The notes: generated by a model from the sequence alone, not told the origin. A stretch of 64,000 nucleotides of DNA from Octopus sinensis (GCF_006345805.1 NC_043025.1:4402001-4466000); one strand, 5' to 3'; positions 49,361-62,597 are shown, counted from the stretch's first letter. A program made the numbers and translations.

Positions 49361-49394
49361 CTGAAAGGGAGACAACAACATACACAATATATAT

Positions 49395-50150
49395 TTATGA
49401 GATAATGTCAGGGTCCATGCATGACAGAGTATAAGCGACCTGAGGGAAATGTTGGGCATAAGAAGCATCGGCTGCAGCGTGCAGGAGAGACGTTTGCGTT
49501 GGTGTGGTCATGTACTACGGATGGATGAGGAGAGATCTGTGAAGAAGTGCCACTCCTAAACTGTTGAAGGAATCCGGGGTAGAGGTAGACCCAAGAAGAC
49601 ATGGGACGAGGTGGTCAAGCATGACCTTCGTACGTTGAGCCTCACAGAGGCTATGATGAAAGACCGAGACCTCTGGAGATATGCTGTGACTTCGAAGACC
49701 CGACAAATGAAGTGAGTTCATGGTTCACAGGACGACCTGCTGTGCTAACCTTGGATCGTAGAGTGACCCGTTTTTCTTGAGGAGACCTATTGAGTCAAGT
49801 ACGTCAAGTGGAAATTGTAGTTAAGATACCCATGCCGGTGACACATAAAAGCACCGTCCAAACATGGCAGATGCCAGTGCCGCCTGACTGGCATCCATGT
49901 CGGTGACACGTAAAAGCACCAACTGACCATGGCCGTTTGCCAGCCTTCTCTGGCCCCTGCGCTGGTGGCACGTAAAAAGCACCCACTACACTCACGGAGT
50001 GGTTGGCGTTAGGAAGGGCATCAAGCTGTAGAAACATTGCCAGATCAGACTGGGCCTGGTGCAGCCTCCTGGCTTCCCAGACCCTGGTCGAACCATCCAA
50101 CCCATGCTAGCATGGAAAACGGACATTAAACTATGATGATGATGATGATA
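49395..50150 (+). mobile_element. RTE LINE 3' end: ORF C-terminus joined to the family D 3'UTR
   Basis: RLRWCGHVLRMDEER...RGRPKKTWDEVVKHDL...KTRQMK* runs into the D repeats and the (GAT)n tail. Confidence 0.88.
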
Positions 50151-50194
50151 TGTATAAACATGCTTGCGTATATTATATATATATATATATATAT

Positions 50195-51280
50195 ATCATC
50201 ATCATCATCGTTTAACGTCCGCTTTCCAAGCTAGCATGGGTTGGACGGTTCAACTGGGGTCTGGGAAGCCCGAAGGCTGCACCAGGCCAGTCAGATCTGG
50301 CAGTGTTTCTACAGCTGGATGCCCTTCCTAACGCCAACCACTTTGTGAGAGTAGTGGGTGCTTTTTATGTGCCACCGGCACAGGTGTCAGATGAGGCTGG
50401 CGAACGGCCACGATCGGATGGTGTTTGTTACGTGCCACTGGCACAGAGGTCAGTCGATGCGGTGCTGGCTACGCCCACGTTTGGATCGCTCTCTTACGTG
50501 CTACCGATGTGAGGTGGCATCAAAAAGTTCTCGGACTAGTTCTGTAGCGCACCAACAGAGGGAAGCACAGGGTTGCGTGCTCAACGAGAGCAAGCAGTGA
50601 CCTTCATGAGGTAGTGTGTTGAGTGACATTGCTGGGTTTACTTCACAAGTTGTGAAATTTGTGTCTTTTGCGAATTTAGTACAATAACTTAGTTATCATT
50701 AAGCTAGTGCTAGGAACAGAAATTATGACTAAGTTATGAAAACAAGATATTGATATTGGTCACAGCGGGTCACTCTATGATCCAAGGTTAGCACAGCAGG
50801 TCGTTCTGCAAGCCATGAAATCACTTCATTTGTCAGGTCTTCACAGTCACAGCATATCTCAGAGGTCTCGGCCTTTGTCATTTCCTCTGTGAGGCCCTAT
50901 GTCCCACCGACACGGGTATCACAACAACAATATCCACACGATTTTTATTTTGATGTTGATGAACTTGACACAATAGGTCTCCTCAAGCACAGCAGGCCGT
51001 CCTGCAAGCCGTGAACTCACTTCATTTGTCGGGTCTTCGAACTCACAGCATATCCCCAGAGGTCTCGGACTTTCGTCATAGCCTCTGTGAGGCCCAACGT
51101 ACGATGGTCATGCTTGACCACCTCGTCCCATGTCTTCCTGGGTCTACCTCTACCCTGGATTCCTTCAACAGTTTGGGAGTGGCACTTCTTCACAGATCTC
51201 CCCTCATCCATCCGTAGTACATGACCATACCAATGCAAACATCTCTCCTGCATGCTGCATCTGCTGTGGTCTGTGATTTT
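50195..51280 (-). mobile_element. RTE LINE 3' fragments (same family, opposite strand)
   Basis: D tail at 50195; ORF end RCLHWYGHVLRMDE...RGRPRKTWDEVVKH at 51017-51260. Confidence 0.82.
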
Positions 51281-51289
51281 TGTCATGGA

Positions 51290-51600
51290 CAGGAACAAAG
51301 AGCCAACGTGACATCTTGTATTAAACTTGGGAAGTCTGCTACAGAGCGACATTGAGCATGCTTTGGTGAGCTTACGGTGATGAAGCAAAGGGTCGTATGC
51401 AATGTTTCGAGTGGCACGGGCGGGCACTTCAAAGGTGGAGGAATGTTCCTGGAAGACCTGCAATGAGCACTGACCCCAGAAATGTGGAGAAAATTCATCA
51501 GCTTGTGCATAAGGATCACCGGAGGACAATCAACAACATTTTGAAGAATTTGAAGGAAGACACTCGGTGAAAGCGACTGGATCTGCGAAGTGTGAAGAAT
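51290..51600 (+). mobile_element. Mariner transposase N-terminal remnant
   Basis: EQRANV...KLGKSATE...AYGDEA...CFEWH...NVEKIHQLVHKDHRRTI, with frameshifts. Confidence 0.75.
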
Positions 51601-51854
51601 TAGATTTTTCACAACAAGTGTTGGTTTATTTACATCCCTGTACCTAAGAGATATGGCAAAACAGACCAACAGAATAAGCTCCAGATTTCAAAAAAAAAAA
51701 AAGGAAATACCGGAATCAATTTATTTGACTAAATCCTTCAAGGTGCTCTTGTATGGCCACACCCTATGACTGAAACAAGATCAAAGATCTATCAGTACGT
51801 AAAAAAAAAAAAGACTAAATAATTGTTTGTAAAAAAAATCATGTAAAACTGAGC

Positions 51855-52255
51855 ATTACTCTTTTACTTGTTTCAGTCATTTGACTGTGGCCATGCTGGA
51901 GCACCGCCTTTAATCAAGCAAATCGACCTCGGGACTTATTCTTTGTAAGCCCAGTACTTATTCTATCGGTCTCTTTTGCCGAACCGCTAAGTAACGGGGA
52001 TGTAAACACACCAGCATCGGTTGTCAAGCAATGCTAGGGGGACAAACACACAAACACAAATACACACATACATATATATACATATATACGACAGGCTTCT
52101 TCCAGTTTCCGTCTACCAAATCCACTCACAAGGCATTGGTCGGCTCGGGGCTATAGCAGAAGACACTTGCCCAAGATGCCACGCAGTGGGACTGAACCCG
52201 GAACCATGTGGTTGGGAAGCAAGCTACTTACCACACAGCCACTCCTGCGCCTATT

Positions 52256-52287
<32 letters not shown>

Positions 52288-52465
52288 ATATTATATATAT
52301 ATATGATGGGCTTCTTTCAGTTTCCGTCTACCAAATCCACTCACAAGGCTTTGGTCGGCCCGAGGCTATAGCAGAAGACACTTGCCCAAGATGCCACGCA
52401 GTGGGACTGAACCCGGAACCATGTGGTTGGGAAGCAAGCTACTTACCACACAGCCACTCCTGCGC
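51855..52465 (-). mobile_element. SINE A with 2 heads
   Basis: Head ends 39 bp from the MTO1 donor at 52505. Confidence 0.87.
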
Positions 52466-52505
52466 ATATATTAAATTTTTCAAATAATTAGTAAAAGTTA
52501 ATTAC

Positions 52506-52682
52506 CTGTTTTTAATCTCCCCATTTTGAAGCCTGCTTTCTCAAGAGAACATGCAAGACCCACAGCTGGTTCATCTCCCAGTCTACCTGCAGGCTTTGAA
52601 CTTAGTCCAACGGTGATGCAGCCTCGAAGAAATGTTCCTGTCGTTAAGACAACAGTTTTGCCAAACATCTTGGTTCCATTTC
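52506..52682 (-). CDS. MTO1: MTO1 exon: (G)[20 protein letters not shown]...[14 protein letters not shown]...GRLKT
   Basis: TTTTTAG acceptor, GTAATT donor; 177 nt, phase 1-1; TTGTFL, AGRxGD and GRLKTG motifs. Confidence 0.95.
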
Positions 52683-53036
52683 CTAAAAAATGGTAAATTA
52701 ATAGAATTACAGCACGGAAGACGCGTTAGCCATTCAAAAACACATTTCAGAACATTGTTTAGATAAACCCTTTAAAAAGACGACATCATCAGCATCATCA
52801 TTTAACGATTTCGATGCTGGCATGGGTTGGACATCATCATCATCATCGATTAACGTCCGCTTTACATGCTAGCATGGGTTGGACGATTTGACTGAGGTCT
52901 GGCAAACCAGATTCCAATCTGATCTGGTAGAGTTTCTACAACTGGATGCCCTTCCTAACACCAACCACTCCAAGAGTGTAGTGGGTGATTTTACATGCCA
53001 CCAGCATGGGGGCCAGTCAGGCGGTATTGGCAAGTT

Positions 53037-53445
53037 TAAGGCGGCAAGCTGGCAGAAACGTTAGCATGCCGGGCGAAATGCTTAGTGATATTTCGTCTGC
53101 CGCTACGTTGTGAGTTCAAATACCGCCGAGGTCGACTTTGCCTTTCATCCTTTCTGGGTCGATAAATTAAGTACCAGTTACGCACTGGGGTCGATGTAAT
53201 CGACTTAATACCTATGTCTGTCCTTGTTTGTCCCCTCTGTGTTTAGCCCCTTGTGAGTAATAAGAAATAGGTATTTCGTCTGCCGCTACGTTCTGAGTTC
53301 AAATTCCGCTGAGGTCGACTTTGCCTTTCATCCTTTCGGGGTCGATTAAATAAGTACCAGTTACGTACTGGGGTCGATGTAATCAACTTAATCTGTTTGT
53401 CTGTCCTTGTTTGTCCCCTTGTGGGTAATAAAGAAATAGGTATTG
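53037..53445 (+). mobile_element. SINE B dimer
   Basis: Junction AAGAAATAG|GTATTTCGTCTG at 53270. Confidence 0.87.
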
Positions 53446-54441
53446 GCAAGTTTGACTAAAAACTGGTAAACTGGAGAACTGCACCAGATTCCAATGTGAT
53501 ATGGAATGGTTTCTACAGCTGGATGCCCTTCATAATGTCAACTACTCCAAGAGTGTAGTGGGTGTTTTTTACATGCTACCGGCATCGGTGCCAGTTACGA
53601 AACACTGGCATCGGTCATGACTCTAATCTCACTTGGTTTGACAGGTTTTCTCAAGCACGATTTATTACCAAAAGTCTCTGCCACATGTCACTGCCTTCAT
53701 GAGGCACAAAGTTCAAAGCATGCTTTTTACATGCCCCCAGCACAAGTGCTAGTTACAAACCACCGGCATTGGCCACAACTGCAATTTCACTTGGCTTGAC
53801 AAGTCTTCTCGGGCATAGCATATTACCAAAAGTCTTGGTCACTTGTCGCTGCCACCATGGCACAAAAATGGAACCAAAAGATATTTTTTGAATTAGCCCG
53901 CTAGAGTCCAGGGCCGGTGTCATGTAAAAACCACTCATGCCGATGCCACGTAAGATCGCTCATGCGGAGCCACAAAAAAGCACTCGTGCGTGCCACGTTA
54001 AAGCAGCCAGCTCATTCTGTAAAGGGGTTAGTGTTAGGAAAGGCATCCAACCATCATCATCATCATTGTTCGACCGTGGTTGAGACAATGGAATTTACCA
54101 TGCTACGCCAGACTTCACGGTCCATCATGGCATTACGGAGGTCCTGTTGCTGGATGCCTGTATCCCTGGAGATTACATCAGGGTAGGAGAGTGTGCGCCC
54201 TCTGGTATTGCAAGTAGCTGGCTTCCAGAGGAGAAGAGTAGAAATTACTTCTTTTTCAGCTCTACAATAATGTCCAGCAACTGGACTCTCCTACCTTTCA
54301 TCCAACCATAGAAAACATGCTAAATCAGACTGGAGCCTGGTGTAGCTCTCCAGCCAGCCAGCTCTGGTGAAACTGTCCAACCCATGGACAATGGATGTTA
54401 AATGATGACGATGGTGATGGAAGAAGGCAAAACCTACTCAC

Positions 54442-54613
54442 CCAACAAAACACCAAAACATTCTTGTGTGGCCAAACTATGTTCTGAACAAACAGATTCT
54501 TTCAGCAGAAGATCTTCAACAGGACTTTCTATGACCGTTAATCCAGGCGTAGTCAGGAGAGCATTTTGGATAAAATTCTTGTACAAAGTACGATCAATCT
54601 GTGCACGTGGGCC
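54442..54613 (-). CDS. MTO1: MTO1 exon: [16 protein letters not shown]...VEDLLL...ECFGVLL
   Basis: TTTCCAG acceptor, GTGAGT donor; 172 nt, phase 0-1; RAQIDRxLY motif. Confidence 0.93.
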
Positions 54614-54649
54614 CTGGAAATATAAACACCAAGAAATAAAACTTTGCTA

Positions 54650-54815
54650 AGGAGTGGCTGTGTGGTAAGTAGCTTGTTTACCAACCACATGGTTCTGGGT
54701 TCAGTCCCACTGCGTGGCACCTTGGGCAAGTGTCTTCTGCTATAGCCTTGGGCTGACCAAAGCCTTGTGAGTGGATTTGGTAGACGGAAACTGAAAGAAG
54801 CCCGTCGTATATATG

Positions 54816-54859
<44 letters not shown>

Positions 54860-55065
54860 TGTGTGTGTTTGTCCCCCTAGCATTGCTTGACAACCGATGC
54901 TGGTGTGTTTATGTCCCCGTCACTTAGCGGTTCGGCAAAAGAGACCGATAGAATAAGTACTGGGCTTACAAAAGAATAAGTCCCGGGGTCGAGTTGCTCG
55001 ACTAAAAGGCGGTGCTCCAGCATGGCTGCAGTCAAATGACTGAAACAAGTATAAGAGTAAAGAGT
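54650..55065 (+). mobile_element. SINE family A
   Basis: Head starts about 35 bp from the MTO1 acceptor at 54614. Confidence 0.87.
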
Positions 55066-55629
55066 AATGTGGGACAATATGTATGTGTTTGGTGAAGTGA
55101 TGCGATGTGTGGAGTCAACTCATACTTACAACACATGTAGCCTGGTGTTGTAAGTATGATGTGGTGTGGAAATGTGTCGTATGGTACAATGTGGTTTAGT
55201 ATTCGGTGAAGTGGTGTGATGTAGTTTAATGTTGTATGATGTAGAGTGAAGCTGCGGAATCCGAGGGGCAGCCGGGTTCATTCTGAGATTCAGATGCCAG
55301 ATAACCGGCACCCAATGATGGCCCTCTGCAGCAAGACCTAGACTGGAAGTAGGCCTCATGGACATCCAAAACTTTGTTATAGGGATGTAAACACACCAGT
55401 ACCAGATGTCAAGTGATGGTAGGGGAGAAACACAGACACACACACACACACACACACATATATATGATAGGCTTCTTTCAGTTTCCATCTACCAAATCCA
55501 CTCACAAAGCTTTGGTTGGCCTGGGACAACAGTAAAAGACACTTGCCCAAGGTACCATGCAGTGGGACTGAACCCAGAACCATGTGGTTTAGAAGCAATA
55601 ATCCATGCCTGCACCTATGTACACGCATA

Positions 55630-56050
55630 TATATATTTCTTTACTACCCACAAGGGGCTAAACACAGAGGGAACAAACAAGGACAGACAAATGGATTAAG
55701 TCGATTACATCGACCCCAGTGCGTAACTGGTACTTAATTTATCGACCCCGAAAGGATGAAAGGCAAAGTCGACCTCGGCGGAATTTGAACTCAGAACGTA
55801 ACTGCAGACGAAATACCTATTTCTTTATTACCCACAAGGGGCTAAACACAGAGGGGACAAACAAGGACAGACAAACGGATTAAGTCAATTATATCGACCC
55901 CAGTGCGTAACTGGTATTTAATTTATCGACCCCGAAAGGGTGAAAGGCAAAGTCGACCTCGGCGGAATTTGAACCCAGAACGTAACGGCAGACGAAATAC
56001 GGCTACACATTTCGCCCGGTGTGCTAACGTTTCTGCCAGCTCGCCGCCTT
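55630..56050 (-). mobile_element. SINE B dimer
   Basis: Same junction at about 55817. Confidence 0.87.
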
Positions 56051-56159
56051 ATGCACGCATATATATGTATACACTCCCACACACATCACATACATACATA
56101 TACATGCATAAAATAAAGGTTGTCGTTGTCATAGAAGCACCCTAAAATGAGAGACTTAC

Positions 56160-56215
56160 CCAAACAGCAGGTCCTTTCTTGGTGTTCAACATTCTATAAT
56201 TGATCCCAGTTTCAT
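56160..56215 (-). CDS. MTO1: MTO1 exon: (D)ETGINYRMLNTKKGPAVW
   Basis: TTTCAG acceptor, GTAAGT donor; 56 nt, phase 1-0; conserved LNxxKGPAVW motif. Confidence 0.93.
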
Positions 56216-56276
56216 CTGAAATAATTAATAAATTTCTAATGAGTATTCATTATACAAGAGACATGGAGTCATGGAT

Positions 56277-56690
56277 GGGAACTTTTCGGTTTCAACGGCA
56301 GTTTTTTCTAGCGGTGTCATATGAAATTGTCGCCCATAATTATGACCCTAGTATCGATCTATTGCATTTCAATCCGTTTTAGGGTTAGGGGTGGGTGGAA
56401 GGGTATCTTTTTATTCTTCAGAAATGTAAATAAACCCAATCTGTTTCTTAAACGAGGGACATATTCATACGGCACAGAATGCTTTCACCTCAATAGATGT
56501 CATTGATTGGTTGAAAATGCAGAAATTGAAGAAAAAAAACAACAAATATCTAACAAACTATAGAATTTTCTCAATAAAGCCAAGAGAAAAAGATGTTTTA
56601 TAAACACATTCTTCCAGTATACGAAGTTTAAAAGTGTTTAGTTACGTGGAAATTATTTTTAAAAACTGCCGTTCAAACCGAAAAGATCCT
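56277..56690. mobile_element. MITE, same family as 5694-6100
   Basis: Matching TIRs and body. Confidence 0.78.
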
Positions 56691-57000
56691 ATGGATGTGC
56701 TTACGCACTTCCTTGACGGGGGCTGGGATCATCCCAGGTTAGCGGTCCCTGAGGCGTCAACATCTGTAGACTCTAGATAGATATACCTTGCTGAGAAAGA
56801 GAAGCTGGCACCGTCTATCTTGGTGAAGGGCAGGTCATTTTGATTGTTCCACTTCTGGGGAGAGGAGAAAGATTGAAGGAGCAAAAAGAAGGCAACACAA
56901 GGCCCAGCAACTCCAGCCAAGACCACCACCACCCACCCTACCATGAGATCAATGATGGAGACTGTTCCATTACCAACTTGGCCTTCTGAGCCATGTCAGA

Positions 57001-60000
57001 TTTAGCCCTTTCATTACTGTAATTATTTTGAGATGCTCTCTGTTTCTTTCAATTGATTTTAATATAACAAAGAATTTAGTAAAATAACTTAGTTATCATT
57101 CAGCTAGTGTTAGGAACATAATTGTGACTAAGGTTTGGTGGAAGATTTTAATTCAGAACTTATGAAAACAAGACATTTGTACTACAAAGCCAGAGGTGTT
57201 TCAACACCAGGTGTATCAATAGGGTTAAGAAATGTTTCTCTATTATATATCTTAACCCTTTGTTACCATATTTCTGTTGAGATGCTCTGTGTTTCTTCAA
57301 TTAATTTTAAATATAACAAAGAATTTAGTAAAATAACTTAGTTATCATTCAGCTAGTGTTAGGAACATAAATTGTGACTAAGGTTTGGTGGAAGATTTTA
57401 ATTCAAAACTCTTGAAAACAAGACATTTGTACTACAGTGCCAGAGGTGGTTTCAACCAGGTTTGTATCAAAAGGGTTTAAAATATCATGGGGACTTGAAC
57501 CCTTTTGTTACCATATTTCTGTTGAGATGCTCTGTGTTTCTTTCAATTACTTTAAATATAACAAAGAATTGTAAAATAACTTAGTTATCATTCAGCTCTA
57601 GTGTTAGGACATAATTGTGACTAAGGTTTGGTGGAAGATTTTAATTCAAAACTCTTGAAAACAAGACATTTGTACTACAGTGCCAGAGGTGGTTTCAACC
57701 AGGTTGGTATCAAAAGGGTTTAAAATATCATGGGGACTTGAACCCTTTTGTTACCATATTTCTCTTGAGATGCTCTGTGTTTCTTCAATTACTTTAAATA
57801 TAACAAGAATTTAGTAAAATAACTTAGTTATCATTCAGCTAGTGTTAGAACATAAATTGTGACTAAGGTTTGGTGGAAGATTTTAATTCAAAACTACTCT
57901 TGAAAACAAGACATTTGTACTACAGTGCCAGAGGTGGTTTCAACAGGTTGGTATCAAAAGGGTTTAAAATATCATGGGGACTTGAACCCTTTGTGTACCA
58001 TATTTCTCTTGAGATGCTCTGTGTGTTCTTTCAATTACTTTAAATATAACAAAGAATTTAGTAAAATAACTTTGATCATTCAGCTAGTGTTAGGAACATA
58101 AATTGTGACTAAGTTTGGTGGAAGATTTTAATTCAAAACTCTTGAAAACAAGACATTTGTACTACAGTGCCAGAGGTGGTTTCAACCAGGTTGGTATCAA
58201 CAGGGTTTAAAATATCATTGGGACTTGAACCCTTTTGTTACCATATTTCTCTTGAGATGCTCTGTGTTTCTTCAATTACTTTAATACTTTAAATATACAA
58301 AGAATTTAGTAAAATAACTTAGTTATCATCAGCTAGTGTTAGGAACATAAATTGTGACTAAGGTTTGGTGGAAGATTTAATTCAAAACTCTTGAACAAGA
58401 CATTTGTACTACAGTGCCAGAGGTGGTTTCAACCAGGTTGGTATCAAAAGGGTTTAAAATCATGGGGACTTGAACCCTTTTGTTACCATATTTCTCTGAG
58501 ATGCTCTGTGTTTCTTTCAATACTTTAAATATAACAAAGAATTTAGTAAAATAACTTAGTATCATTCAGCTATGTTAGGAACATAATTGTGACTAAGGTT
58601 GGTGAAGATTTTAATTCAAAACTTATGTAAACAAAATATTTGTACAACAGAGCCAGAGGTGGTTTCAACCAGGTTGGTATCAAAAGGGTTTAAAATATCA
58701 TGGGGACTTGAACCCTTTTGTTACCATATTTCTCTTGAGATGCTCTGTGTTTCTTTCAATTACTTTAAATATAACAAAGAATTTAGTAAAATAACTTGGT
58801 TATCATTCAGCTAGTGTTAGGAACATAAATTGTGACTAAGGTTTGGTGGAAGATTTTAATTCAAAACTTATGTAAACAAAATATTTGTACAACAGAGCCA
58901 GAGGTGGTTTCAACCAGGTTGGTATCAAAAGGGTTTAAAATATCATGGGGACTTGAACCCTTTTGTTACCATATTTCTGTTGAGATGCTCTGTGTTTCTT
59001 TCAATTACTTTAAATATAACAAAGAATTTAGTAAAATAACTTGGTTATCATTCAGCTAGTGTTAGGAACATAAATTGTGACTAAGGTTTGGTGGAAGATT
59101 TTAATTCAAAACTATTATATGAAAACAAATATTTGTACAACAGAGCCAGAGGTGGTTTCAACCAGGTTGGTATCAAAAGGGTTTAAAATATCATGGGGAC
59201 TTGAACCCTTTTGTTACCATATTCTGTTGAGATGCTCTGTGTTTCTTTCAATTACTTTAATATACAAAGAATTTAGTAAAATAACTTGGTTATCATTCAG
59301 CTAGTGTTAGGAACATAAATTGTGACTAAGGTTTGGTGGAAATTTTAATTCAAAACTTATGTAAACAAAATATTTGTACAACAGAGCCAGAGGTGGTTTC
59401 AACCAGGTTGGTATCAAAAGGGTTTAAAATATCATGGGGACTTGAACCTTTTGTTACCATATTTCTCTTGAGATGCTCTGTGTTTCTTTCAATACTTTAA
59501 ATATAAAAAGAATTTAGTAAAATAACTTAGTTATCATTCAGCTAGTGTTAGGAACATAAATTGTGACTAGGTTTGGTGGAAGATTTTAATTCAAAACTCT
59601 TGAAAACAAGACATTTGTACTACAGTGCCAGAGGTGGTTTCAACCAGGTTGGTATCAAAAGGGTTAAAATATCATGGGGACTTGACCCTTTTGTTCCATA
59701 TTTCTCTTGAGATGCTCTGTGTTTCTTTCAATTACTTTAAATATAACAAAGAATTTAGTAAAATAACTTAGTTATCATTCAGCTAGTGTTAGGAACATAA
59801 TTGTGACTAAGGTTTGGTGGAAGATTTTAATTCAAAACTTATGTAAACAAAATATTTTACAACAGAGCCAGAGGTGGTTTCAACCAGGTGGTATCAAAAG
59901 GGTTTAAAATATCATGGGGACTTGAACCCTTTTGTTACCATATTTCTGTTGAGATGCTCTGTGTTTCTTTCAATTACTTTAAATATAACAAAGAATTTAG

Positions 60001-62597
60001 TAAAATAACTTGGTTATCATTCAGCTAGTGTTAGGAACATAAATTGTGACTAAGGTTTGGTGGAAGATTTTAATTCAAAACTCTTGAAAACAAGACATTT
60101 GTACTACAGTGCCAGAGGTGGTTTCAACCAGGTTGGTATCAAAAGGGTTTAAAATATCATGGGGACTTGAACCCTTTTGTTACCATATTTCTCTTGAGAT
60201 GCTCTGTGTTTCTTTCAATTACTTTAAATATAACAAAGAATTTAGTAAAATAACTTAGTTATCATTCAGCTAGTGTTAGGAACATAAATTGTGACTAAGG
60301 TTTGGTGGAAGATTTTAATTCAAAACTTATGTAAACAAAATATTTGTACAACAGAGCCAGAGGTGGTTTCAACCAGGTTGGTATCAAAAGGGTTTAAAAT
60401 ATCATGGGGACTTGAACCCTTTTGTTACCATATTTCTCTTGAGATGCTCTGTGTTTCTTTCAATTACTTTAAATATAACAAAGAATTTAGTAAAAACTTA
60501 GTTATCATTCAGCTAGTGTTAGGAACATAAATTGTGACTAAGGTTTGGTGGAAGATTTAATTCAAAACTTATGTAAACAAAATATTTGTACAACAGAGCC
60601 AGAGGTGGTTTCAACCAGGTTGTATCAAAAGGGTTTAAAATATCATGGGGACTTGACCCTTTTGTTACCATATTTCTCTTGAGATGCTCTGTGTTCTTTC
60701 AATTACTTTAAATATAACAAAGAATTTAGTAAAATAACTTGGTTATCATTCAGCTAGTGTTAGGAACATAAATTGTGACTAAGGTTTGGTGGAAGATTTT
60801 AATTCAAAACTTATGTAAACAAAATATTTGTACAACAGAGCCAGAGTGGTTTCAACCAGGTTGGTATCAAAAGGGTTAAAATATCATGGGGACTTGAACC
60901 CTTTTGTTACCATATTTCTGTTGAGATGCTCTGTGTTTCTTCTCTTTCAATTACTTTAATATAACAAAGAATTTAGTAAAATAACTTAGTTATCATTCAG
61001 CTAGTGTTAGGAACATAAATTGGGACTAAGGTTTGGTGGAAGATTTTAATTCAAAACTTATGTAAACAAAATATTTGTACAACAGAGCCAGAGGTGGTTT
61101 CAACCAGGTTGGTATCAAAAGGGTTTAAAATATCATGGGGACTTGAACCCTTTTGTTACCATATTTCTGTTGAGATGCTCTGTGTTTCTTTCAATTACTT
61201 TAAATATAACAAAGAATTTAGTAAAATAACTTGGTTATCATTCAGCTAGTGTTAGGAACATAAATTGTGACTAAGGTTTGGTGGAAGATTTTAATTCAAA
61301 ACTTATGTAAACAAAATATTTGTACAACAGAGCCAGAGGTGGTTTCAACCAGGTTGGTATCAAAAGGGTTAAAAATATCATGGTGACTTTAACCCTTTTG
61401 TTACCATATTTCTGTTGAGATGCTCTGTGTTTCTTTCAATTAATTTTAAATATAAGAAAGAATTTAGTAAAATAACTTAGTTATCATTAAGCTAGTGTTA
61501 GGAACATAAATTGTGACTAAGGTTTGGTGGAAGATTTTAATTCAAAACTTATGTAAACAAAATATTTGTACAACAGAGCCAGAGGTGGTTTCAACCAGGT
61601 TGGTATCAAAGGGGTTTAAAATATCATGGGGACTTGAACCCTTTTGTTACCATATTTCTGTTGAGATGCTCTGTGTGTTTTTTCAATTACTTAAATAGAA
61701 ACAGAATTAGTAAAATAACTTGGTTATCATTCAGCTAGTGTTAGGAACATAAATTGTGACTAAGGTTTGGTGGAAGATTTTAATTCAAAACTTATGTAAA
61801 CAAAATATTTGTACAACAGAGCCAGAGGTGGTTTCAACCAGGTTGGTATCAAAAGGGTTTAAAATATCATGGGGACTTGAACCCTTTTGTTACCATATTT
61901 CTGTTGAGATGCTCTGTGTTTCTTTCAATTACTTTAAATATAACAAAGAATTTAGTAAAATAACTTAGTTATCATTCAGCTAGTGTTAGGAACATAAATT
62001 GTGACTAAGGTTTGGTGGAAGATTTTAATTCAAAACTTATGTAAACAAAATATTTGTACAACAGAGCCAGAGGTGGTTTCAACCAGGTTGGTATCAAAAG
62101 GGTTTAAAATATCATGGGGACTTGAACCCTTTTGTTACCATATTTCTGTTGAGATGCTCTGTGTTTCTTTCAATTACTTTAAATATAACAAAGAATTTAG
62201 TAAAATAACTTGGTTATCATTCAGCTAGTGTTAGGAACATAAATTGTGACTAAGGTTTGGTGGAAGATTTTAATTCAAAACTTATGTAAACAAAATATTT
62301 GTACAACAGAGCCAGAGGTGGTTTCAACCAGGTTGGTATCAAAAGGGTTAAAAATATCATGGTGACTTTAACCCTTTTGTTACCATATTTCTGTTGAGAT
62401 GCTCTGTGTTTCTTTCAATTAATTTTAAATATAAGAAAGAATTTAGTAAAATAACTTAGTTATCATTAAGCTAGTGTTAGGAACATAAATTGTGACTAAG
62501 GTTTGGTGGAAGATTTTAAATGAAAACTCATGAAAACAAGACATTTGTACTACAGAACCAGAGGTGGTTTTAGCCAGGTTGGTATCGAAAGGGTTAA
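57001..62597. repeat. 245-bp satellite (22 copies plus one diverged copy) whose monomer is a piggyBac-like MITE plus a short spacer
   Basis: Monomer starts TTAACCCTTTTGTTACC and ends GGTATCAAAAGGGTTAA (16/17 inverted match); satellite ORF starts recur at 245-bp spacing (58832/59077, 61756/62001). Confidence 0.92.

Noticed and set aside
56729-56944. Minus-strand ORF with a plausible acceptor (KWNNQNDLPF...) as an extra MTO1 exon
   Set aside because: No GidA similarity; the flanking exons already join in frame (C-D-E), and inclusion would not preserve phase.
57252-62597. CRISPR-like appearance, or repeated 75-aa ORFs (MTKVWWKILIQ...) as a tandem gene family
   Set aside because: There are no unique spacers and no cas genes; the ORFs are chance frames of the satellite monomer and are broken in many copies.
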